Below are positions 17,977-25,784 of a stretch of DNA of 64,000 nucleotides, in pieces. Source of the DNA: an uncultured Candidatus Saccharibacteria bacterium (GTDB lineage Bacteria > Patescibacteriota > Saccharimonadia > Saccharimonadales > CAZDQS01); the NCBI GenBank assembly GCA_964507855.1, contig CAZDQS010000002.1, positions 91,284-155,283 of the forward strand, read 5' to 3'. The notes under the pieces were generated by a model. It worked only from the letters and a program-made list of their open reading frames with translations, did not search any database and was not told the origin of the DNA. The position numbers were made by a program, and so were the translations under genes. Numbering within the stretch: position 1 is the first letter of the stretch; each line of letters opens with the position of its first letter.

Positions 17977-18279
17977 TTTTTGACATGGTAATATAAGGAT
18001 GCCCAGGTTCCGGTTCTTCCGGTCTTTCCCCTGGGCTTTTTTAGTACAAAGAAAAACAGCCCTTAATGGATGATGAAAGATTCCGTTTAACGCATGTCTG
18101 CGACAGTAACCACATTCGTTACTGATGAATCCCATACTGTCCGAGCTGTTTTGTAAGGTAGTATCTTTCCTTTATACCTTAACCTTACAACACACATATT
18201 AGCATAAGTAGTATAATTTGTCAATAACTTTATAGCATTTATGCTTGTATATTATCTTACATTATGGTATTGTTGCGCC

Positions 18280-18864
18280 ATGAATCAGTTTATTATTAAG
18301 AATAAGCTTGTTGTAACCGTAATTACGGGATTGATCGCCCTGATTGGCTTTAGTGCGTACATAGTTACCTCTAATGTCCTTGAAATGCCATCTGAGGCGC
18401 AAGTACAGAGTTCCACCACTGGATATAGCGGTTTAACAGTATCTGATAGCCCAAGTTCAACTTCCTCACAGCAGGAGTCCACTCCTGAACCAAATACACC
18501 TGTAACGACTCCCGTAGTAATTAGCCAAATGGATATACAGGAGCCTCAGGATGCTCCAGAAAGCACCTATCAGCCGCCAACAACGCATAATGAAGAACTG
18601 CCCAAAATAGACCGCTCTGCATACATACAGGCATGCAATGCGTCTAAAGATGCGGATATTGACTACAATCGCGCCTTGTATAACGCTGAAAAGGCGAATC
18701 ATACACGGAAACTTGAACAAATCGGTACAGAGTGGCGAAGTAGAGGTATGGGATTCAGTGGCGGCTATGAGCAAGCCAAGCAGAACGAAATAACCCGTCA
18801 CAATAACGCTTTAGCTGCTTTGGATGCTCAACTAGCGCAACTCAAGACGAAAGTCTGCGCTTAG
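18280..18864 (+). CDS. opposite-strand moron: membrane-anchored S/T/P-rich protein
   Basis: The only plus-strand prophage gene. Start MNQFIIKNK, then TM helix VVTVITGLIALIGFSAYIV, an S/T/P-rich linker and a Q/A-rich C-terminus. Confidence 0.5.
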   Translation: MNQFIIKNKLVVTVITGLIALIGFSAYIVTSNVLEMPSEAQVQSSTTGYSGLTVSDSPSSTSSQQESTPEPNTPVTTPVVISQMDIQEPQDAPESTYQPPTTHNEELPKIDRSAYIQACNASKDADIDYNRALYNAEKANHTRKLEQIGTEWRSRGMGFSGGYEQAKQNEITRHNNALAALDAQLAQLKTKVCA

Positions 18865-20813
18865 AAAGCTCCGGCGTACTGCATTAAGGCATCTTCAAGC
18901 GTACTGTTGCTGGTAGGCTGCATAAAGCTTTCTAGTTCTGCCCGCACGTTTGCTAGTTTTCGTCTTGCGGATTCAGCAGAATCGCCCGGTTGCGGGAGTA
19001 GTCTTGCGAATCGTTTAGCTTCTGCATCTGTAATCGCTGCACCAGATCGAAGTCGGGCTATAACATCCACCACGTTGTCGGTAGCCGCTCGTATGTCTGT
19101 TGTGCCTGTAAGTCGAGCAGTAATTCCAAGCGGATTAGGGAGTGCTTGGCGTTGGAACGCTCCTGGATCTGTCGCAAGCATTTCTTCAAGTGTCTGGAGA
19201 GATCGCAGACCGGATTGCGAAGTAAGCGCACGCTTGGCAGCTTCACCGCTTAATGGCTTGGCTTGTTCCTCTTGCGGATTAGCGAACTCGTACAGTTTCA
19301 TATAGTAGTCTGCGTTTGCGGGATCATTCTGTATGTCGAACAAGGCACTCTCCAAGGAGTACATACTTTGCGACTGAGAAGCCTGTGCAAAAGGACTTGA
19401 CATTTGCGGCGCACTCTGGTACTGTTGCGATATGTTAGCAGTTATCGGTGCATTACTGTTTGGTGTGGCGCTTGTGGTCATAGCGTTAGTGTTCGAAGAC
19501 TGAGCATTTGTCAAAGCGTCCACAAGACTCTCTGCTGCTACTCCCCTTGTCGCACCTGTAACCGCGCCCCTAGCTCCACCGGATTTTACTGCCCCGGAAG
19601 CCAATCTTCTGGCCAGTGCATCAGTTCCCCTTGCCATTAGCCGTCTTCCGGCATTACTGTTACCGGCTGCAACAACCGCCGCCGTTCCAAGACCGGCCGG
19701 GCCAAAAGCTGCACTTCCCGCTGTCCCTCCTAGTAGAGTCGTCATCCCGAATGGTAGGCTGCCAGACCCAAGATAGTCTTGCCTTCCCGTTATTTCAGCT
19801 AAGTCTTCAAGCTGGCTAATTCGCCGCCCTAGATCTTTGAAACTGAGACCCTGGCTGGATTTTAGACCTGCTTTATCTGCTGCGTTTTGCATCAATTCAC
19901 GGAGCGCAGAAGCCGTCTTCCGGCTTACGCCTTCATCTGACGTTCCTCTGAGCGTATAGCGCACAGCGGAATCTGCTTCTTGACGCAGGGCATTAACGAT
20001 GTCAGACGGTATCTCATCTTTATATTTCTTAGCGATATTATCAGCTACGGACTTCAGTTGCCTGCCGAGTTGCTGCTGTGCTGGAAGGACACTATCTAAC
20101 AGAGGTTGGTACGTCTTTCTTAAAGCACCTGTTATCTGCGATGTCTTAAAGGATGGAATACTTTTGCCGATAGATGCGAAATCCTCATATAGAGACGGTA
20201 ATTTTTGTGTAATTTCATCTGGACTGTTTATCCCAATTTCTTTAATAACTTTAGTTGCATCTATGCCGTGCTTGTTTTTGAAATTAAACTGTTGCGTGGG
20301 GTTGAGTCTGAACTGCTTTGCGACCATCTTATTGCTGGCATTAGCTACTTTACCACCTAGCGAACCCCTGATACTAACTTTTGCAGCGTCGTCAGCGGCG
20401 GTCGTCAAAGCCCTCCCTACGCTCGCTCCGCCTTTTAGTACTTTGGCAGCGGTAGCACCATATTTCCCAAGTCTTAACGGCCCCGCTAAGACGGCAGAGA
20501 GAGCGCCCTCCTTTGCTGCGTCTCCAACTCTGAATTCATCATCACGCACCTTGTTCTCTACCAGCCCGCCGCCGAATGCACCCAAGCCTGCACCTAAAAT
20601 GCCGCCTATGGCCGTCCCGACCACTGGAACGACTGAGCCTATAGTCGCACCGGCGGCCGCTCCGCCTAGTGCTCCCCCTTCAGAAATAAGAGAGGTGAGA
20701 GTTCCGCCACGTCCTCTTGGCTTGGATGGTTGCTGTGCAGTCGTTGCCTGTGGCTGAGGATTAATGTCAAACAAAGGCTTTGGCTGCCAGTTAGCTTGCA
20801 AAAATGGATTCAT
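18861..20813 (-). CDS. large virion-associated protein with a Gly/Ala-rich hydrophobic N-terminal region (internal/ejection protein by position)
   Basis: 650-aa ORF with GGALGGAAAGATIGSVVPVVGTAIGGILGAGLGAFGGG. Its position after the tail genes resembles podovirus internal proteins. The function is a guess. Confidence 0.55.
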   Translation of the reverse strand: MNPFLQANWQPKPLFDINPQPQATTAQQPSKPRGRGGTLTSLISEGGALGGAAAGATIGSVVPVVGTAIGGILGAGLGAFGGGLVENKVRDDEFRVGDAAKEGALSAVLAGPLRLGKYGATAAKVLKGGASVGRALTTAADDAAKVSIRGSLGGKVANASNKMVAKQFRLNPTQQFNFKNKHGIDATKVIKEIGINSPDEITQKLPSLYEDFASIGKSIPSFKTSQITGALRKTYQPLLDSVLPAQQQLGRQLKSVADNIAKKYKDEIPSDIVNALRQEADSAVRYTLRGTSDEGVSRKTASALRELMQNAADKAGLKSSQGLSFKDLGRRISQLEDLAEITGRQDYLGSGSLPFGMTTLLGGTAGSAAFGPAGLGTAAVVAAGNSNAGRRLMARGTDALARRLASGAVKSGGARGAVTGATRGVAAESLVDALTNAQSSNTNAMTTSATPNSNAPITANISQQYQSAPQMSSPFAQASQSQSMYSLESALFDIQNDPANADYYMKLYEFANPQEEQAKPLSGEAAKRALTSQSGLRSLQTLEEMLATDPGAFQRQALPNPLGITARLTGTTDIRAATDNVVDVIARLRSGAAITDAEAKRFARLLPQPGDSAESARRKLANVRAELESFMQPTSNSTLEDALMQYAGAF

Positions 20814-21553
20814 TAGAATGTCCCCCAGAATAGCGGAGAATAAGTCTGAAACACACGGCGGTCGTAATCAGCATTACCTTTACCAAAGAAAGGATCACTG
20901 ACAAGTTGGTTGTAGACTTGCTGTGAGTATGCGTCTCCTGCTTGGCCCATCTGATACAGCACGTCCCTTATGTCTTGCCCGGTCTGCTGTGCGTAAGAGG
21001 CTGCTGAAATAGGCCTTCCTCCCGTGTCGCTGAAAGCGAAGCCTCCATCCTGTTTGCGGGAAATTGTAGGTCCGGTTTGTGCGGCCTGCGTACGTCCAAA
21101 AGAAGGGCGTGGGGTTGCTGCTGCCGCTTGTCTACGGGCTTCAGCTAATCGCTCCTGCTCCGCTTGCCACTGATCGAACCGCTGCTGTTCGTACTGTCGT
21201 ATTCCGAGGGCTTGGTTCTGGCGGCGTTCCTGAATACCAAGAATCGCATCCTCTAAGCTCATGGCTTGCTCTCTGCCGGACTGTCTGAGACGTGCTAAGG
21301 CTGGCAAGTATTCAGTGGCGGTGTATCGAGCTTGCTCGCCAAGAGGAATACCGGAAAAACCCAATCCCCTTCTTCGTGCGCCGGAAAGTATGCTGTCAAA
21401 GGCTTCATTCTGGCGAGCCTGCAAACCTTGTTCTTCTGCTCTTATCTGATCTGGAAGCGCAGATTGTCGCTTTCGGACACTTTGAATCTGCGGCTCATAG
21501 ACGCTGTTTATTTCGCTTATGATTTGATCGAGTGATCTGACTGAGGGCTGCAT
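20813..21553 (-). CDS. hypothetical virion protein (Q/R-rich coiled coil)
   Basis: 246-aa ORF behind late promoter copy 2; ATGA overlap with the downstream gene. Confidence 0.55.
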   Translation of the reverse strand: MQPSVRSLDQIISEINSVYEPQIQSVRKRQSALPDQIRAEEQGLQARQNEAFDSILSGARRRGLGFSGIPLGEQARYTATEYLPALARLRQSGREQAMSLEDAILGIQERRQNQALGIRQYEQQRFDQWQAEQERLAEARRQAAAATPRPSFGRTQAAQTGPTISRKQDGGFAFSDTGGRPISAASYAQQTGQDIRDVLYQMGQAGDAYSQQVYNQLVSDPFFGKGNADYDRRVFQTYSPLFWGTF

Positions 21554-21564
21554 AATACCATATG

Positions 21565-21592
21565 CCTGCCCGTGTTACCTACGATTATACCA
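21565..21592 (-). promoter_or_regulatory. phage late promoter and leader, copy 2
   Basis: Minus strand reads TGGTATAAT-CGTAGGTAACA-CGGGCAGG. Confidence 0.6.
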
Positions 21593-21612
21593 TAGTTTCA
21601 GTGTGCAAGCAC

Positions 21613-22011
21613 CTACTGGCTGTAAGGAACTTCATACAAAACAGCAGTGATTTCTATATCTTGGGCAGTGAGGTTAATGCTCGAACCCGTACCGTTGAAT
21701 ATCGAGAATGTCACCGTTATTTCCGTACCGCTATACGTCGCTAGTTGAGTACATACTTCGCTGCTCACGGTGCTATACGGAGTCTGCCGAGAACCACCGC
21801 TTACCGGACGTTTTTCTCCACTGGTGAGATTCTGAGCATATAAATCTGCTCTGGTTTTGCCTCTACTATAGGGGATGGTCGTTGAGAAATTGGCAGTCGC
21901 TCCGTTCGCTATCGTTCCACTAATGTTAATTGTGCCTTTTAACGTATCGTAGTTTTTGTACGTGTCGATCATGCTGGCAAGTATTACGGTGTCTGGTCTA
22001 ATTTGCGTCAT
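21613..22011 (-). CDS. hypothetical structural protein
   Basis: 132-aa ORF in the tail-gene string. Confidence 0.55.
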   Translation of the reverse strand: MTQIRPDTVILASMIDTYKNYDTLKGTINISGTIANGATANFSTTIPYSRGKTRADLYAQNLTSGEKRPVSGGSRQTPYSTVSSEVCTQLATYSGTEITVTFSIFNGTGSSINLTAQDIEITAVLYEVPYSQ

Positions 22012-22693
22012 AATACATCCTATACCACGCTCTTTTAGAAGTATTACTGTAGCGGTACATGTCTATGTCCATACGGTTTGAATAGATAAACAAAGCGCAC
22101 TCGTCCTGCGAAGAATCATAGTTGAATATATTGGTCGCACCACCTGCATTAAGCGGCCATACTTCGTTTGGAAAAGCTTCAAAGTACACTTTGGCATTGG
22201 GAGCGTATCCCAGCGTATGCGGAATGGATTGTGAGCTGGTAGAACCGCCTGTACCGCCTGGAAATGTCAATACATTCTGCTCGGCAATCTTCTGGTAATT
22301 GACTCTGGAATCAAACTGCACTGGATCATCCGTATACTGCGTGACATCTATTATGGGGTTATCCGAGTCGTAATCATCAATCCACGAACAGTAGACTTTA
22401 TACTGCACCGGAGTACCTGAAGTGGCGTAACCATGAAAGATGTAGATATAAGTGGAGTCAGAAAAAGCTATCTTGTTTATCCCGCCATCCTCCCACGTAG
22501 TCCCCCCATCAGCGGAGAAGATTAACTCACACGCCACCGGACGGGGCAAGTCATGAGCGAATCTATAGACATACGGAGTGGCTAAGTCTCCAGAACGGGT
22601 AGTCAAATCGCCCGAACTATACGAGCCAGTAAATACCCGAACAATCTTGTCAATAGGACGAGATGAAATAAATGAAGCATCAGCTAAAGACAT
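21998..22693 (-). CDS. hypothetical structural protein
   Basis: 231-aa ORF overlapping both neighbours. Confidence 0.55.
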   Translation of the reverse strand: MSLADASFISSRPIDKIVRVFTGSYSSGDLTTRSGDLATPYVYRFAHDLPRPVACELIFSADGGTTWEDGGINKIAFSDSTYIYIFHGYATSGTPVQYKVYCSWIDDYDSDNPIIDVTQYTDDPVQFDSRVNYQKIAEQNVLTFPGGTGGSTSSQSIPHTLGYAPNAKVYFEAFPNEVWPLNAGGATNIFNYDSSQDECALFIYSNRMDIDMYRYSNTSKRAWYRMYYDAN

Positions 22694-22964
22694 CAGTTAG
22701 TACATTCTTCCCTGACTTTGCAACTACCAGTCCGGTTGAGCCATCCGGCAATACCCCAATAATAATCGTCGGAACATTATCAGAATCGTAATAGAGCGTT
22801 CCATACCCTCCGTCATACGGGAGTCTCCCTTGGATAATAGCGTTGCCACCAGGCTGCTTATAAGCTTTGACAGTCTGCTCTTTGTTGAGCTGGCGAATCA
22901 TATCATTCACCATGCCCCAATTCTGTGGGCTGGAGTTTTTGCTAGAGAGCGGTCGGAACGCCAT
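22680..22964 (-). CDS. hypothetical structural protein
   Basis: 94-aa ORF in the tail-gene string. Confidence 0.5.
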   Translation of the reverse strand: MAFRPLSSKNSSPQNWGMVNDMIRQLNKEQTVKAYKQPGGNAIIQGRLPYDGGYGTLYYDSDNVPTIIIGVLPDGSTGLVVAKSGKNVLTDVFS

Positions 22965-24949
22965 TACTTGAGCCTCCGAGTTTGAACGACTAACGAATGA
23001 CCGAGGAACTTCTGCGGCTGCCTAGTAGCGTAGTGTTTGTAGCGGAGTTGTATTCTTCGGTATTCGCCAGGTACGTACAAGTCAGCTTGTTTTTCTGCGT
23101 CAGTGCCCCACCAGAACGAACCCCATACCGTACCAGCATCGCCCCATATATAGCCAAGTCCCTGCACATCAGGAAATGCCAGGCTAGTAGCGGAATCCCG
23201 TAAATCCACTGCATACTGTACCGACATAACGTAATTTCCCGTCTGCGCTGCAAAGCGTGGCTTCCAGAAGCGTATTTCTTTTAGCACGGCAGGAGAACCA
23301 AAGTGCATGTAATGGGTGCGGAGCTCAAAGTTTATATCTCCGCCGAGGTTCGTATAGTCGTTAGAGTCTCGTTCCTGCCAGTAGACTTGCCCGATTCGGG
23401 AACTTGCCACCAGTAAACCGTTGTCATCAGCCGGAGAAACGACTGCCCTGCTCACAAACGCATCCGTGTCATGGGACTCTACTGTATCAGAGTCTCCAGA
23501 ATAGTTCAGATTCCACACCCAACACGAATCGTTGTAGCTGCTTCCTGCGGAACGATACCAAAGGTACAACCGCCCTTTATTGACTGCGATTATTGCGTCA
23601 TCTTTGTTGTTGAGGCTGCGAATATCTTCGTAGACGTTTTCACTGAGGAGCTGCGCTTCAGAGCCGTTACTGCGGTACACGCCGTCATCTGACAGGTAGT
23701 AGATGAAGTTCTTATCTGCCGTCATGGTTTCCTGCGTGTATGTTCCCTTTTGGTCGGGGGCTTCGTCGAGCTGGAACGTCGCATTATCGTCTCCGGACAG
23801 GATGTATTTATTGTGGAGGGTGGACAGCACAAGATAGCCATTTAACGACATCGCAGCAGTACATGGGTCTCCGGTTTTCGGTGCGGGGACAGTAATAAAA
23901 TCTGTACTAGTAAACGTCTCGTAATCGCCAAAATTAGAGAAGTCCCATCGCTGCGGGTCGTCTTTTCTGAGTAAGAACAAGAGCCCCTTATGCAGACATA
24001 TATTCGTATAGTTCGTGGCATTGACTTGTGATTCAGTGGAGAAATCCCACTTCCTGAGTCCGTTAAACCCATTCACGTAGTACACCGTGTCATTGACGGT
24101 CGTAAATCGGTAATGCGTAGCACTGGCACTCAGTCCACTTTTAATCTCGGTAAGGTCTCCGGTTACGTCATCAACACTATAAAGACTTGTTCCGTGTGCT
24201 ATTAAAGTAATAGCCGTTCCGTCACTCTTAACTGCTCGGTGCAGTCCTTTCGGTGCGCCAGTCGTGCAGTAGTGCTGCTTGAAGTTAAGCGCAAAATTAG
24301 CAGATTCCCATGCACTCCCTGAAGATGAAGAAGATAAAGCAGTATTCGTGGAGGTAGTCGAACTCCACTCATAGGCACCATCGCTAACCTCTTGCACATA
24401 CACGACTATCCAGTAATCTTCGCTCGAAGTAAGCTCCGGAGCATTGGCGAATCGGGCTGTTAGGTACTGATAGGTGCCTGTTATGCTTGCAGGGTCTACG
24501 GAACTCCTAGCCAGCCGTTCGCCAGGCTCTCCACTGGAATCACTCCACAGCTCTACGATCACCACACCGATAGCGTCAGAGGTTTTCCGAATGTTAATTT
24601 CTACCTTAGAACAGTGTCCGGTCTGTCCGGCGGTAAACACCTGTGCCAGCCGGGACGTACCACTAAACGGCTGGTCATCTGCGCCTGTCGTACTGGTAAT
24701 TGACTGGTCTTGAGCTTCTCCTGCCGCATCAGAGTAGAAGTCAAAGCCTTTACGAGTCTCGTATTCTCCGAGAGCCGGAATACGTGCGTCTTGTGCAAGC
24801 CGCCATTTGTTCGTCTGTCCGTTTTTAAGAGGAAACTTATCATTGGAAACAAACGAATCCATGCCTAACGAGTAATCGTTAATTTCGAACGATTCAGAGC
24901 GGCTTGAGGATCGTGGGATCGGCCTAGAAATGCGTCTTGCCCACGGCAT
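22964..24949 (-). CDS. large tail (nozzle / tubular-B-like by position) protein
   Basis: 661-aa ORF with GAGGA RBS, following the 223-aa adaptor-like gene as in T7-like gene order. The function is positional inference. Confidence 0.55.
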   Translation of the reverse strand: MPWARRISRPIPRSSSRSESFEINDYSLGMDSFVSNDKFPLKNGQTNKWRLAQDARIPALGEYETRKGFDFYSDAAGEAQDQSITSTTGADDQPFSGTSRLAQVFTAGQTGHCSKVEINIRKTSDAIGVVIVELWSDSSGEPGERLARSSVDPASITGTYQYLTARFANAPELTSSEDYWIVVYVQEVSDGAYEWSSTTSTNTALSSSSSGSAWESANFALNFKQHYCTTGAPKGLHRAVKSDGTAITLIAHGTSLYSVDDVTGDLTEIKSGLSASATHYRFTTVNDTVYYVNGFNGLRKWDFSTESQVNATNYTNICLHKGLLFLLRKDDPQRWDFSNFGDYETFTSTDFITVPAPKTGDPCTAAMSLNGYLVLSTLHNKYILSGDDNATFQLDEAPDQKGTYTQETMTADKNFIYYLSDDGVYRSNGSEAQLLSENVYEDIRSLNNKDDAIIAVNKGRLYLWYRSAGSSYNDSCWVWNLNYSGDSDTVESHDTDAFVSRAVVSPADDNGLLVASSRIGQVYWQERDSNDYTNLGGDINFELRTHYMHFGSPAVLKEIRFWKPRFAAQTGNYVMSVQYAVDLRDSATSLAFPDVQGLGYIWGDAGTVWGSFWWGTDAEKQADLYVPGEYRRIQLRYKHYATRQPQKFLGHSLVVQTRRLK

Positions 24950-25595
24950 AGCGGTTTATCCTCATGGTTGTTGGACGGCCTACTTGCGACTGGCTGTATT
25001 TGACCACTAATTTCTGAAGCAACTCGTCATAGCGGTTGAGATGTATTCCGGCTTGGTCGTAGTTGTCTTTGACTTGCAGGACTCTCGCAGCCGCTCCCGA
25101 CACCAAGAGTTCTTCAAACTCACTTGGCAATTCCGGCACGTCATTTCCACCGCTTAACATGGTTGGTTTTTTGTAGTATCTAAGCGTCAGGGTATAAGCG
25201 TTGTCCGGCTCAGGGAAAACCCGTATTGTTTCAGCATAGGTGTACCATTCCGAAGGAACGCCCCTTGGATTCACCGTCTCATTATCGGCATCTGGATGTA
25301 GCCGGTCTATCGAACGGACGTTGTTGTATGGAAGGACTTTCTGGTGCCCGTCAGAAGTAAGAATCAGATCGACCGCTTGCACGAAGTTGGCCGGAAGTCC
25401 GGAACCGTTGGTAATGTCAGACACACCTGCCGTTAAAGTGTAGTCCTGCTCCGTCTGCATAAACGGAAGGCGGTATTCGTTGTAGACATCGTTCAGCGTG
25501 TCATTGAGGTAGTTGGTTATCTCAGAGGTGGAATAACCCGTGTCACGGACTCGCTGCTGGACTTTCGTGATAATGTCCGAAAGTTGATAAGACAA
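24924..25595 (-). CDS. tail adaptor / tubular-A-like protein (by position)
   Basis: TTG start at 25595, 8 nt after GGAGACC in the conserved late leader; 223 aa. Confidence 0.5.
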   Translation of the reverse strand: MSYQLSDIITKVQQRVRDTGYSTSEITNYLNDTLNDVYNEYRLPFMQTEQDYTLTAGVSDITNGSGLPANFVQAVDLILTSDGHQKVLPYNNVRSIDRLHPDADNETVNPRGVPSEWYTYAETIRVFPEPDNAYTLTLRYYKKPTMLSGGNDVPELPSEFEELLVSGAAARVLQVKDNYDQAGIHLNRYDELLQKLVVKYSQSQVGRPTTMRINRYAVGKTHF

Positions 25596-25609
25596 GGCAA
25601 GGTCTCCGA

Positions 25610-25636
25610 CCTGCCCGTGTTGGGTATATTATACCA
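25610..25636 (-). promoter_or_regulatory. phage late promoter and leader, copy 3
   Basis: Minus strand reads TGGTATAAT-ATACCCAACA-CGGGCAGGTCGGAGACC. Confidence 0.6.
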
Positions 25637-25637
25637 C

Positions 25638-25713
25638 AAGAAAAACCGCCCGAAGGCGGTCTCTCATCCTCACAGTCTCAGAGTCCATACTTTTTAGGTG
25701 TCTGGGCTGTACA
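25638..25713 (-). ncRNA. candidate ~75-nt phage sRNA (extended -10 promoter followed by a terminator)
   Basis: TGGTATAAT (rc of 25720-25728), then ~50 nt, then ACCGCC-TTCG-GGCGGT-TTTTTCTT (25638-25662). Only a 19-codon ORF lies inside. Confidence 0.35.
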
Positions 25714-25784
25714 GGTTATATTATACCATTTTTTAACCCTAGGCTCATAGCCAGAAAGCTGCTACATGGGTACTGTCTGGTGTC

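Noticed and set aside
17935-18135. A 67-codon N-terminal extension of the C1q-like fibre ORF (MGFISNECGYCRRHALNG...).
   Set aside because: It contains late promoter copy 1 and the conserved leader. A TTG start with a GGAG RBS follows the leader exactly as in the 24924-25595 gene.
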